From positions 27,964,001 to 28,028,000 of the forward strand of contig CM097885.1 of NCBI GenBank assembly GCA_044892525.1: a stretch of DNA of 64,000 nucleotides, given 5' to 3'. Made by a program: the position numbers and the translations under genes. The notes under the pieces are model-generated. The model saw nothing but the letters and a program-made list of their open reading frames with translations. It was not told the DNA's origin and did no database searches. Below, piece after piece: positions 1-11,414 of the stretch. Position 1 is the first letter of the stretch. Every line of letters begins with the position of its first letter. The DNA is from Schmidtea polychroa. Lineage: Eukaryota.

Positions 1-451
1 ATATTAATTTTAAATTAATTTTTATTTTAATGATGTTTTCCTTATTTTCTTTTTCCCAAATTTTTATTTTAATAACTAATTTATTTATTTTGATGACTTT
101 TATTGCTCTATGTGGCTTTTATGATGGTTATCGCCATTCCTATGAAATGTTCTGGGATTTTCTAGAATTTTTCAATGTTTTATCATCTTTCTAAGCTATT
201 CGAGTCTGTTTTTTGTAATTTTGTGTTTCTTTGCTATTTTTTGAGTTAGTTTCTTGCACTACTTCTTGCATTGATATCATTTTATTTAATTTCTTTGTTT
301 ATATTTTTGTTGTTTTTCCTCTTAATTAATATTGTTTATTTGGTGTATTTTTTTATATTTAACTGAACTTATTGCTATTTGCGTGCTAAATATCTACGTA
401 CCTTAGTCAAAAATCAGAGTTTTGGGTCTAGAAATCAGTTCTAGTCCAACA
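1..451 (-). mobile_element. 5' end of an LTR-like element in minus orientation (continues out of the window); same family as 31880-37439
   Basis: 1-451 is a diverged direct copy of ~36990-37439. Both end at ...GAAATCAGTTCTAG(T/C)CCAACA, which reads TGTTGG on the minus strand like the other LTRs in the window. Confidence 0.6.
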
Positions 452-1474
452 CTATCATCCTAGTCTCTATACGGCTAATGCAATTTCTCTCTAAGCGAGC
501 CCAAACCCAAAAATTAGTATAAATAAAAATAATATGCAATCACACTTTATTGTTAAATCAGATTTTTTATAACTTTTATTTTTTCGAGTTTTAAGTAAAT
601 TTTTGGAATGTGAGGCAATCCGTGACATAAAAATCCTTTATATTTTATATAACATGTTCCTGTTAGGGGTTACATTGCTGGTAAAAATATTTAGTCTTAA
701 TATGGAATTCGAGTAGCATTATCACCATGATCATTCCCCCGTTTGACCTATACCTAAGCCGTTTTTCAAATTCAAATTTAATAGTTAATTGATACTTCTT
801 TAATTTCGCATTCTTCGGCATTCCGTTTTCAATATAACCATTTTTTGATTGTTTCCAAGATTATTATTTTTTAAGATAAACTAATTTACCAAGCCCAAGA
901 TCTCAATAAGAATTAAATTACCTTTTATTTATAATTTTTATAACTATGATTTATTTTTCAACATCACCTTTCAAAAAATGTAAATATAAATAACTAATTA
1001 TAATTACTTATCTCTCTCCTGAGGTCTACTTACTTATTAACTATAAATACGTATAATCCTATAATCTCATAAATTACAATGTTCAAAGCACCAAGCGTGC
1101 CTCTCCTTTAATTTCTAGATGCAACGGATCACATAGCAGCATCACATATGGAAACAACTCAACTTCAACTATCTGTAAATATCTTAACAATCAACATACC
1201 CGTCTAGCAATCAGAATCAAATGGCCGGATATCCACGTTTAAAATCAAAATTTCTTACCAATATACCTAATCTGCCCTACCGAATGGGTCTCTTCTTCAG
1301 ATACCACACAACCGGATGTCTATATCTGGAGTCTTTCGTTTTATTTTATTTCCTGATTGTTTGTATTGTATAAGCATGTGTATTTGTAGGGATATGTTGT
1401 GCCCGTTTAGTTGCATTTGACTTAATAAGGCATAAGTATCTGATACTTCTGTATATTATACTTTTTAACATTTC

Positions 1475-1640
1475 ATACTACTCCTTCATACTACTCCTTA
1501 CCCTTCACAGTACTACTTACCTTTCATATTACTACTACATTTTACTCCTACTACTTCTTACCCCTCCTATCACTCCTTACCCCTCCTACTACTCCTTACC
1601 TTTCGTAATACTCCTTACCCATCCCATTACTCCATACTAC
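1475..1640. repeat. CT-rich degenerate minisatellite (TACTACTCCTTACCC-like); mirror at ~29751-29916
   Basis: Repeated tactactccttacc(c) units visible directly. Confidence 0.8.
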
Positions 1641-2205
1641 TTGTTGTGGATTTTCCTTTCATCCACGCACTTTGTTACTTCATGTTTCTAGTAAGTAAGA
1701 AATACGGTACATCGCCTGTTTTAGTGTGCCCTAAAACTATTTTATACAGTAAATACACGGGATAGACGAAGCTACACAATATTTAGTGCAACTTTAACAC
1801 AATTAACCTGTCTGTTTCTTCATTTTCATTATATTTTTTCATACATTTAACATCTTACATTAAAATACTTTCTATCAAAACGGGGGCACCTCGCGACATC
1901 CCTGATTATCTATGTCCCATTTAAAAATAAGCAGTAATTTTATAAATTTAAATATTTTAAATATTTATATAAAATGTAAATATAAATAAATAATTATAAT
2001 TACTTATCTTTCTCTCCTGTTTCAATATTAAATATTTAGAAAAGTAGAAAATAATAATAATAATCCTGAATATTAATTGTTTATTTTGAGTAACAAATGA
2101 AATATATCAAATCTAATATATAAATAAATGTTTCAATTGGTTACTCATCCGTGGACCGTCCGTCAACTCATCTCATTGGTTGGCAAAAATTCCATATAGA
2201 AATAT

Positions 2206-3003
2206 TTAATTCAAATATTTTGACATATATTTCAGAGGATTAACAACAAGTTTGATATTTTCTAATGAAATGTTATATTGCTCCATATTATCGGGAATAT
2301 CCTTTATTGGGAACCATTTTATCACTTGAATCTCATTGTCCACTAATGGCTGTAAAAATGTGTCTTTTCTGAAATTGCGAATCACATAGTATCTACTGAG
2401 TAAACTGTATTGAACATGATCAAAATATAAATCTTCATCTACAACATTAGAAAGGTCTATTCCAACTTCTTCGTAGATTTCTCGGATTACTGTGTCCAAT
2501 AAATGCGTATCGGTTTCTTCTACTTTCCCACCGGGGAAAATATAATAGTCATTATAGTGACATTTCGTAAGCAAAACGTTTTCCATATTTTCGTCAACAA
2601 TAATTGCTTTAGCTCGAGGTATAAATCTGCGATTATAATTCCATTTGTTATATTCATTGACAATGTCAATGTTGAGTGGGAGAATTTCCTGTAAATAGTA
2701 TCGAATGCCAATGACAAATCTCTTAAAATGTTGCGATGATTGTTTTTCTTTCAATTTGTTTGAATCGACATAATACCAATACATCTTCTCTAATCTCCAG
2801 AAAATCGCTGACATGCTGGTTTTACAAGACTTGACATCGGATAGAAATCTAACGAATAAATCCTCAATTATTTCATCCGAGATTTCGATGGGTTTCAGAT
2901 CGAATTTCAGAATTGAATTCGTTCTTAGAAATGAAGTCCCTGAATATCTGACCATTAGAAATTGTTTTATAAATCTTCTGATGAACTTACGCTTAAATAT
3001 CAA
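2206..3003 (-). CDS. DCP2: Dcp2-like mRNA-decapping Nudix hydrolase (Box A + Nudix), copy 1; first ATG at 2955
   Basis: IEISDEIIEDLFVRFL...IFWRLEKMYWYYVD resembles Dcp2 Box A (LDDLxxRF...FQIExAHWFYxD). FPGGKVEETDTHLLDTVIREIYEEVGIDL is a Nudix box, and NEIQVIKWFPI matches the Dcp2 xEIxxIxWF segment. The ORF track starts at TTG; the ATG gives 249 aa. Confidence 0.85.
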   Translation of the reverse strand: MIFKRKFIRRFIKQFLMVRYSGTSFLRTNSILKFDLKPIEISDEIIEDLFVRFLSDVKSCKTSMSAIFWRLEKMYWYYVDSNKLKEKQSSQHFKRFVIGIRYYLQEILPLNIDIVNEYNKWNYNRRFIPRAKAIIVDENMENVLLTKCHYNDYYIFPGGKVEETDTHLLDTVIREIYEEVGIDLSNVVDEDLYFDHVQYSLLSRYYVIRNFRKDTFLQPLVDNEIQVIKWFPIKDIPDNMEQYNISLENIKLVVNPLKYMSKYLN

Positions 3004-3203
3004 ATTTTCTGACTGATTATGTAATAATTATTTCCTGATATTTTATTTACTGAATACTTTTCCTTATTTTTTGCATTATTATCTTTATTTTTAGAATTGA
3101 AAAAGTTTTTTATTGGAAATTGTGAGGAGAAAAAATTTCCCTATAAAATAGTTCTCAAATTAATCAAAGTGCCAAAAAAGATCGATGAAAAAATTTGAAT
3201 AAA

Positions 3204-3395
3204 CCCTTTGCGCTCCGTAAAAACAAGTTACCCACCAGATCTACAATTGTTTTAATGATTTTTTGTTTATTTGATTTTCTTGAACTAAATTGCGTTTTTT
3301 AATAAAAGGTAAATATATACATACAACGAAATCTGAACCTTCCAATTACTAATTATTGGAGTGTCGAGTTAGACTCGACATAGAACCGCAAACGG
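3204..3395. mobile_element. piggyBac-like MITE (mirror copy 27996-28187)
   Basis: Imperfect TIRs CCCTTTGCGCTCC / GAACCGCAAACGG flanked by TAAA and TTAA; subterminal perfect palindrome TGTCGAGT-tag-ACTCGACA (3362-3380). Confidence 0.55.
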
Positions 3396-3867
3396 TTAAG
3401 AAAAAAGTATGCAGCCGTTGAATTTTGTTTAATTTATATAATTTTTATGCAACTTCATGGTAACTTATAATTACTGACCAAGGAAATCAATTTTGAAAAT
3501 CCTGAAATTATTCAGAAATTCATGAAATTGGTTTATCAAACGCCGAAATTTAGGAAAATAATTTTTTTTAATTTATTTTATTCAATAAAAATAAGTTTTT
3601 TTATTTATCTAATATGATGTAAATATTTTCAGTTACTTATTTGTCTGGCCTGATTCCTATGTTATTTTATTTTGTGTCATTGTTTATTATTTATCCCTAT
3701 GATATATTTGTACTGTTTGACACAATTGTAGCACATTTATTGACTAGTTGTAATGAAAAAATTCTTCTACTGGATTGTTACTTAATCTTACACTATTTCT
3801 TAATTGAATTTGCTATAATCAGAAAACTGTGAACAGTGCTCGATGGATACACACAGACACTTGTGGC

Positions 3868-4510
3868 CAGGCCTCGGAAGAGGGGTGGGGGGTCAGGAGG
3901 GTCTTTTGACATGGGCCTCTTAATTTAGCGTGCCCCCAAACAGCACTATTTTGATACTACACCAAACAATCAACGAGTTTATTTTGCACTTTTACGTATG
4001 GAATAAATAGTTTTCTTAACATAAAATCTAATTTAACTATAGAAGGCCTTATCTTTGGTGTAATTTTCACTTTCCTCAGATTTTCATTTTTTACTGCACT
4101 TGCACAAATAACTGCCGATATGATTTCAAAATCTTAGAGAAAAAATGATTACAGAATATTTGGCTTTGAGCTATTACATGAGTTCAAATTATTATATAAA
4201 AGTTTATTAGTAGCTAAAAGTTTAATTATAATTAAATTATAATGTTAAAAGTGTTGTTTGTGTTTTAATATTTTTAATAATTGAACTCTATAATTGGATT
4301 TTTTTTAAACTATATACATAAAATTGGGAAAACGGGTAATTTTTTTTGTTTAGCTTTGATTATTGATAATAAATAAAAATAAATAAACTATGGCGGTAAT
4401 TAAAACATGAAGAGGACCTATGGAAGTGGTGCTAGCAAAAGACAAAACAAAAATTTAGGGGCCACATACGATGTCAGACCTGGGCCTCCAAGTGTCTCTA
4501 ACAGGCTCTG
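3868..4510. mobile_element. Non-autonomous hAT-like MITE
   Basis: Perfect 8-bp TSD CTTGTGGC (3860-3867, 4511-4518); CAG...CTG termini with imperfect TIRs. A truncated mirror copy lies at ~27134-27514. Confidence 0.7.
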
Positions 4511-4906
4511 CTTGTGGCAAGCAATTCAAATCACTTGAATAATCAGACTCCATCATGAATTAAATACACTCACATAAATGTGAGTGGGACACATCAATCC
4601 TCAAATATCCCATTTAATTTATTTGTAAAAAATTTGTTTTACCTACATAAAATAAATTATTTGAATGACTTTTATTTTATTTTAATTTATCACTGATGTT
4701 AATCATTGTTCGCTGGATGATTATGATTGCCGGTTGGCAAAATTTATTTATAATTTTAATATACTTTGATATCATTAATAATATGAAAATATTTTCAATA
4801 AAATTAATAGATTTAATTATAATTTAATAATATTACTTACAAAACGATTAATATATTGTAAAAAGTTGGTTAGCAATTATTATCACAGTCAAAACTATTC
4901 ACAAAC

Positions 4907-5215
4907 ATGTATTTTATAACGACTGTAATATTGTTTGTTTTAATCGGAAATTTATTTTCATATTGTATAATGGTGAAACCTATCAATCTCGGGTCAAACA
5001 AATTCAAAGTAATGTTAGATTCAAATACCGAAATATACTTTACAAAAGATGAATTAATTTTCAAAACCGAAGAATGGAAGTGCGCTGCAGGGAAGCTAAC
5101 CCCTATACCAGAATATTCTAGTTACGTCCACTGTTGTTATTTCGGATCGGATCTCGAGATTGAGGATGCTGACGAATACATCATTGACAAAATTCTGAAG
5201 GACAAAGATTTATAA
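4907..5215 (+). CDS. Small putative secreted protein, unknown family (102 aa)
   Basis: ATG start, hydrophobic N-terminus MYFITTVILFVLIGNLFSYC resembling a signal peptide, Cys-containing core; open for 102 codons in very AT-rich DNA. Confidence 0.5.
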   Translation: MYFITTVILFVLIGNLFSYCIMVKPINLGSNKFKVMLDSNTEIYFTKDELIFKTEEWKCAAGKLTPIPEYSSYVHCCYFGSDLEIEDADEYIIDKILKDKDL

Positions 5216-5575
5216 GAATTTTCCATTGTCTAGTTATTTATAAGAAAAAAATTATCTAACTAGAAAATTTTTAATATTTTAGAAATACCTTTAACTGCTG
5301 ACTCTTTTAAATGAAAATCTGCTTTAGGAAAAATTAATTTTCTATTTTTTCCCCATTGTTGATCCGAGATTCAAGAATTTTTTAATAATTTTTATATCAC
5401 CAGCAATTTTTATCAGTTTGTTCTTCTCAAATTTTGTATAGTTTGCAATTTTTGCTGACAATATAAATTCTCTCAAACATTCTCTTCGTGGCGAAATGTA
5501 AAAGATAAAGTTGCACCCAAAAAACTGTTTATTTATTAAAAAAACTAATAATAATTATGAAAAATAATTTCAATA

Positions 5576-6420
5576 CAGTCGATTCCGCTTAATTGGGACA
5601 CATCGGGACTTGGGCATTTTGTCCTAATTGAGCGCCTGTCCCAATTAAGCGAATTTCACATTTTTTAAATTCATTGATTTGGTTTTGGCAACTAAGGCCA
5701 TTTACCAGTAATAAACACATAAAATTAAACAATGCATATTTTTTCCAATAATTTTATTTTATAAACTCTTGGAAACTGTAAATTACATATAGGTAATATA
5801 AATTATCATATAAATTACAAATAAACTTTTAAGAAAAAAAAATTTCCTAATTAAAATAGTAAATGGGTAGGTACATACAATTTAATTCAATGCAAAAATG
5901 AGTCAAGTGTAGCCTGTCTTTTGTTTTTGTAACATTTCACTTGTACAAAATCAGTACAGATATTCAGTGCGGATGTAGGGCTCCCTTCATTTCCTTCCTG
6001 CATAAAATAACGCTGAAACACGGCAATACATTTTTTTGCCTCCTGGTTAGTCACAGGTACAGGTGACTCATCATCATCATCATCTTCTTCGTTTAAATTT
6101 TCATATTTTGAATTAATACCTTCTACAATTGAATCTACTGTTTTCGGTTTCAATGATCGGTAAATTTGATCTAGTTGCTTTTTTGTCTTTGACTCGAATT
6201 TATCCAATAATTTATCCGCGCCAATCAGCTGTGAGACAACCCATCATATCAAATTTTTAGTACATATTTTAATATGTACTGTGATCTTAAATTTACTGTC
6301 TCAATTAAGCGGAATGTTGTCCAAATTAAACATATAAATTTGCTATTGATTTCTTAGTTTGGTTTCGGTTCTTCGAGATTTGTCCCAATAAAGCGGTGTC
6401 CCCATTAAGGGAATCGACTG
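5576..6420 (-). mobile_element. pogo/Tigger-type DNA transposon, internal-deletion derivative
   Basis: TIRs CAGTCGATTCCGCTTAATTGGGACAC / GTGTCCCCATTAAGGGAATCGACTG, TA duplication (5574-5575, 6421-6422), repeated subterminal (C)CAATTAAGCG motifs. Confidence 0.9.
5887..6134 (-). pseudogene. C-terminal fragment of Tigger/pogo (TIGD-like) transposase
   Basis: Acidic tract EEDDDDDES followed by VTNQEAKKCI and C-terminal KRQATLDSFLH, typical of the Tigger/CENP-B-family tail; catalytic domain absent. Confidence 0.7.
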
Positions 6421-6446
6421 TATTATTATCTCATGTTGGCCAAAAC

Positions 6447-9400
6447 CAGTGGCGTACTAAGGATTTCTGGGGCCATTGTGCAGATTTTGGGACGCACAAA
6501 ATATTTGTCGAACGAAGTGATCCGAGGAACCAAACCATAGGCAGGCTTGGGGGAAGGTGATTAGCAACTCTCTGAGTAAATTTGCGCATTTTAAAACAGA
6601 AATAGTAGCGTTTCGGGTTGGGTTGAAAGGATATTTTGTTACTTCTCGGTATTCTCTGTATATAGAATGGGCACATGCCAGGTACCATCATGATATAATG
6701 AACAATAATTGTTGTTATTGTCACTAATTTATTGAAACATAATTCTTAGAAAAAACTCAGATCATACGCTTATTTCACCATAATATAAAATTGAATCACA
6801 TGATAAAAAGAAAGAACAAATCAAACATATGTCCTAATTTAGTTGGACACGATTCAAGTTTAAGATTTGTCAAAGGCTAAAAATCCCAAAAGTTAAAATG
6901 GCCGTTTGCGCGCCTTCTCTTGAGCAAAAATATCGACCACTTTTGAAATGTCAAGCTTTCTTGCATGTTCGTTTTCTATCGATAACATCGCTAGGTCGGT
7001 TAATCGCCCTTCAGACATGGTACTTCTTAGATAGTTTTTTATGAGCTTTAATTTGGAAAATGATCGTTCGCAGTTTGCAACAGTCACAGGCAAAGTCAAC
7101 AGCAACATGTAAGCGGTGCAGACATCACTGAATGCAGATGATAAAGCATAATAATCCACAAGTAGCAGTTGGGCAATTTCGAATATGGTTGGTTTGGTGG
7201 CTAAATTGGAATGAAAGCTTGCGCGAAATGACAACAGTTGAGCTGGAAACGAAGGCGAAATATCGGTATCGTATTCTTTAGCTAATAATTCGGCCGCTGT
7301 ATACAGTTCATCGTCGGAGGCAATCAATAATGTAGAGGGTAACAGAGCGCTAAACGTTGTAGCCAGTGAACTGAGGCTAAGAAATCGCAGTTTGATTTGT
7401 CTGCATGCTTTATCCACCGTAGCCAAAAATACGTTCAATCTGAAACGTTTCTCAATTGACGCAAGTGGATCGTCGTGACATTGTTCATCATAAAGTCGTT
7501 TTGTATTTTTTAAACGCCGGTCTTCGAAGTGATCTTTAATTTTCCAAGCTGTGGCCATGCCAGCAGCAGTGTCGCGAATAGAATCGTACTCATTTCGCAT
7601 GCGCGCTAATTTTTCATGTGATGTCTTGATCAGATCATTAGCCTTAGTCAGGTCGCACTGCGGAGATTGAAGTAATTGTGAGGTGGCATGGGTTGCTTCC
7701 AAAATCTTATTCATCATTGCAAGAATAAAAACAAACTCAAAACATTCCATCTTCTTTTTGATCATGAGTGCATTTGCTACTTCATCATTCTTCTTGCTGG
7801 TCAGAATGATCCTTGTGAGGACTTTCAAAATATCACCAAAGCGAAATCGCATGACAACGAGACAGTTATATCTTGATGACCATCTGGTAGGACACAATCT
7901 TTTCAGTGTAAGTTTCGAACCCGATTCGCATTCTAGTGACAACATAGACCACCGATGTATACTGTGACCAAAGAAAACGTAGATCTGTTCGAGAACACCA
8001 AAGAAATTCTTGACTTCAATAACGTCAGAAACAGCATCATTCAAAACAAGGTTTAAATTGTGAGCCGCGCAATGAACATAAGCAGCTTTCGGCTGCTTCG
8101 CGACTATGCGCGCCTGAACTCCCGAATAAATACCACTCATAGTAGCCGCGCCGTCATAACCTTGACCGCGCAGTTTGGTGAGTTCCAAACCATTATCTGT
8201 AATACATTTATTTACAAGAGTGTCACACAGACCGCTAGCAGATGTATCATCGACCACCAAAAAACCCATAAATGACTCACAAATTTTCAACTTCACCGGT
8301 TTGCCTGCTTGGTCTGTTTCAATACAGACGTAACGAATAACTTGACTAAGTTGGTCGATTTTACTGATATCTTGGATAGTATCCACCATAATTGAGAAAA
8401 ATGGCGCAGCTTTTACGTCTTTAAGTATGTCCTCCTTCATGCATCGAGCTACCATGGTAATCACTTCATTCTGTATGGTGGGACTGAGATACTTCACAGT
8501 ACCTTGGGGCATTCTCAAAAATGTTTCAAGGATGGGATCATACCTTGCAAGTAGGTTGATAACAGACAAGAAATTACCACAGTTTTCATTCCCGTTAGTT
8601 CCGACATCTTTTTCCCGGTGGCCTCTGAATGCCAAATTCGCCCCAGCCAACATAAGCGTGACGTTTACTATTCTGTCAATAACTTGTCTCCAGTAGCTTG
8701 CTTCCTTCCTTATGCCATCTTCAATTTCCACTGTCAATGTTCTGTTCATGCGCCACTGTTCAAGAACCATGCAACATTGTATGTGGTCGAAGGATTTTTC
8801 ATGAATATCCAGCACATATGTCAGATGACCCCAGTCCCGGAATCCTCTTACCCATGACGCATCACGATTTTTCGAAAACAGCCAACATGCGTGGCAATAT
8901 ACGCAGTCACCACTAGGCGAATAAGCTAGAGTAGTGCGTTTCAGTTTTACGCCTGCTTTATTGATTTTATTGTAAAACGATTCGGAGAAGCATCGTCCTT
9001 TCTGGCCGAGATCTCGTGGAAACGGACCAAGAGGTTGACATGGACCAAAGGAAATTATCAGCCGTTTCTGTTCATTTGACAAATGCTCTCCGAAATTTGC
9101 TTTGTCAGTGAGATGTTTTAAAGCAGTTCGTGCCTCCACAAAAGTGTCAATATTGCTCTGAGTAAAAGCTGAAGTAATTGAAGGGCCATATTTCTTATCG
9201 TCGGCGCTGTTTCCTAAATCTGGTGTCAATATTTGATCATCCGCCGTAGATTCCACAGTGTCATTCTGCTCAGTGGCGACATCTATAGCCACCGCCATCT
9301 CTGAGTTGATCAAAGCTGAATTCGATTCAGTCACCATATCTGAAGTAGTCTTCGATATCGGTTTAATATCCACGGGCTTTAGAAATTCGTAAATTTTCGG

Positions 9401-9981
9401 CATTTTAGCGGCCTTCTGTTCTCGTTCCTCACGTGCTCGTCGCTTAGCAGCCCCACTTAAATATGACTTAGACATATTTAAGGGTGTGCAGCTAATGCAA
9501 TTATATAATATTCAACTAATTATACAATTATTGTAAATTGATATACAATAAGCAATATTATTTTTATCCTTTTTACCGCATAGTAAATATCAACAAAACT
9601 CTATGACCTCTGCCATGATGTCGTTATACCGCCATTTTGAATCGAGTTGGCAAGTAAATTGGATTTGACGTTTTATTAATAAACAAGTCCTCATCACATA
9701 AAAAAAAACCAACGTCAAGTAAAGCAAATAATTTAATAGATGAATGGGTGTGACATATGTGGTTTACAACTATATCCAATATAGATTCCTAATAATATTA
9801 AATGTATAAACCGTCCAAACTGTGGTTGCTGTCTTAATAAAAACAAAACAAACGCCAAAGCGATGCTTGGTTTGATGACAATCGGGGAATTTATAATGCT
9901 CGAACGTATAAAATTTTACTAATTTTTCGTCCTGGGCCCTTGTGCCATGCACAACCTGCACAACCTATTGCTACGCCATTG
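6447..9981 (-). mobile_element. Autonomous-looking hAT transposon (Tip100/ZMYM1-like)
   Basis: TIR CAGTGGCGTA / TACGCCATTG (1 mismatch), perfect 8-bp TSD GCCAAAAC (6439-6446, 9982-9989), single intact transposase ORF. Confidence 0.95.
6893..9475 (-). CDS. hAT transposase, 860 aa (TTF-type zinc finger, DUF4371-like region, hATC dimerisation domain)
   Basis: YCHACWLF...GFRDW...HEKSFDH zinc finger; LAFRGH; catalytic D (FSIMVDTIQD), D (GQGYDGAATMSG), CAAH, PTRW, E (VTVANCERSFSKLKLIKNYLRSTM). Confidence 0.95.
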   Translation of the reverse strand: MSKSYLSGAAKRRAREEREQKAAKMPKIYEFLKPVDIKPISKTTSDMVTESNSALINSEMAVAIDVATEQNDTVESTADDQILTPDLGNSADDKKYGPSITSAFTQSNIDTFVEARTALKHLTDKANFGEHLSNEQKRLIISFGPCQPLGPFPRDLGQKGRCFSESFYNKINKAGVKLKRTTLAYSPSGDCVYCHACWLFSKNRDASWVRGFRDWGHLTYVLDIHEKSFDHIQCCMVLEQWRMNRTLTVEIEDGIRKEASYWRQVIDRIVNVTLMLAGANLAFRGHREKDVGTNGNENCGNFLSVINLLARYDPILETFLRMPQGTVKYLSPTIQNEVITMVARCMKEDILKDVKAAPFFSIMVDTIQDISKIDQLSQVIRYVCIETDQAGKPVKLKICESFMGFLVVDDTSASGLCDTLVNKCITDNGLELTKLRGQGYDGAATMSGIYSGVQARIVAKQPKAAYVHCAAHNLNLVLNDAVSDVIEVKNFFGVLEQIYVFFGHSIHRWSMLSLECESGSKLTLKRLCPTRWSSRYNCLVVMRFRFGDILKVLTRIILTSKKNDEVANALMIKKKMECFEFVFILAMMNKILEATHATSQLLQSPQCDLTKANDLIKTSHEKLARMRNEYDSIRDTAAGMATAWKIKDHFEDRRLKNTKRLYDEQCHDDPLASIEKRFRLNVFLATVDKACRQIKLRFLSLSSLATTFSALLPSTLLIASDDELYTAAELLAKEYDTDISPSFPAQLLSFRASFHSNLATKPTIFEIAQLLLVDYYALSSAFSDVCTAYMLLLTLPVTVANCERSFSKLKLIKNYLRSTMSEGRLTDLAMLSIENEHARKLDISKVVDIFAQEKARKRPF

Positions 9982-10164
9982 GCCAAAACTATCTTTATCA
10001 TTAATATTATTAATATGTCAATGTCAATCCCATGCGTTACATCAGTAGGTAGATAGTAGCGCACGGGAACAATTACCCCCCCGGGGGGGGGGGTTTGTTC
10101 CCAAATTTTTATTACGCAATTGTTCCCAACGCATTTTTTTGCTTTCAGGGATTTTTGGTCCAAA

Positions 10165-10690
10165 TTTTTTTCATCAGACTATAGTGAGGGGGTCTCGATG
10201 GTCCTGGGATTTTCAATACAAAATTTTTTTTTTCAATACAAAAAGGCGGTCTCACTAAAAAAGCATGGAATTTTCAGACTATAGTGAGGGGGTCTCGATG
10301 GTCCTGGGATTTTCAATACAAAAAATTTTTTTCAATACAAAAACGATGGTCCTGGGATTTTCAATACAAATAAAATTTTTTCAATACAAAAATCCGACTA
10401 CCACTAAAAAAGCATGGAATTTTCACACTATAATGAGGGGGTCTCGATGGTCCTGGGATTTTCAATACAAAAAATTTTTTTCAATACAAAAACGATGGTC
10501 CTGGGATTTTCAATACAAATAAAATTTTTTCAATACAAAAACGATGGTCCTGGAATTTTCAATACAAATAAAATTTTTTCTATACAAAAATCCTACTATC
10601 AATAAAAAAGCCAAGGATTTTTCAGACTATAGTGAGGTGAGTCTCCTTGGTCCTGAGAAAAAGGTGGTCTACACTAAAAAACGTGGTAAA
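10165..10690. repeat. Subterminal higher-order repeat (~43-bp GATGGTCCTGGGATTTTCAATACAAA units); mirror ~25060-25720
   Basis: Multiple GATGGTCCTGGGATTTTCAATACAAA and CTATAGTGAGGGGGTCTC units, with different unit order in the two arms. Confidence 0.9.
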
Positions 10691-10694
10691 TTAT

Positions 10695-11170
10695 TCAATT
10701 AAAGTAAATAATGGTCCTAAAAATTAAATTACAGTAAATTATGGCTCAAATTTTTCAATTAAAGTAAATTATGGGTCTAAAATATTAAATTAAAGTAAAT
10801 AATGGTTCTAAAAAATTAAATTAAAGTAAATTTAGGTTCTAAAAATTAAATTAAAGTAAATAATGGTTCTAAAAAATTAAATTAAAGTAAATTAAGGTTC
10901 TAAATTTTAAATTAAAGTAAATAATGGTTCTAAAAAATTAAATTAAAGTAAATAATGGTCTAAAATTTCAATTAAGTAAATTATGGTCTAAAATTTTCAA
11001 TTAAAGTAAATTAAGGTCCAAATTTGAATTAAAGTTAATTAAGGTTCAAAATTTAAAATTAAAGTAAATTAAGGTTCTAAAAAATTAAATTAAAGTAAAT
11101 TAAAGTAATAATTTTTAAATTAAGTAATCAATGGTAAAAAATTTTAAATAAGTAAATTAAAGTAAGATTT
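10695..11170. repeat. AT-rich ~26-27-bp tandem repeat (AAATTAAAGTAAATAATGGTTCTAAA); mirror ~24600-25060
   Basis: Directly visible tandem units. Confidence 0.85.
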
Positions 11171-11414
11171 TAAAAATTTAATTACAAAAAGTTGAAGGTG
11201 TTTGAGAATTGAAATTTTTTAATGAAAATTTTAATGAAATATTTTTTAAGTAATTTTTAATGGAAATTTTTATGAATTATTTTTCAATGATAATTTTAGA
11301 TGGAAATTTTTATGAAATATTTTTCAATGATAATTTTAGATGGAAATTTTTAAGATAACTTTTAATGAAAATTTTTATGAAATATTTTTCAAAGTCAAAT
11401 TTTAATAATAATTC

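Larger units (their letters stand above)
452..4252. repeat. Left arm of outer ~3.8-kb inverted repeat (partner ~27134-30939)
   Basis: Reverse-complement match with coordinate sum ~31391, e.g. ORF 2206-3003 mirrors 28388-29185. Nearly identical centrally, more mismatches at both ends. Confidence 0.95.

Noticed and set aside
975..2019. ~45-bp direct repeat (975-1021, 1971-2019) as LTRs of a small element
   Set aside because: No TG..CA ends, TSD or PBS; treated as a local duplication.
2503..3016. Short ORFs overlapping the Dcp2-like gene (similarly those overlapping the hAT transposases)
   Set aside because: Antisense or alternate-frame shadows of real coding sequence.
3362..3380. Hairpin as a Helitron 3' end or terminator
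   Set aside because: No CTRR terminus at the expected distance; better explained as the subterminal palindrome of a piggyBac-like MITE.
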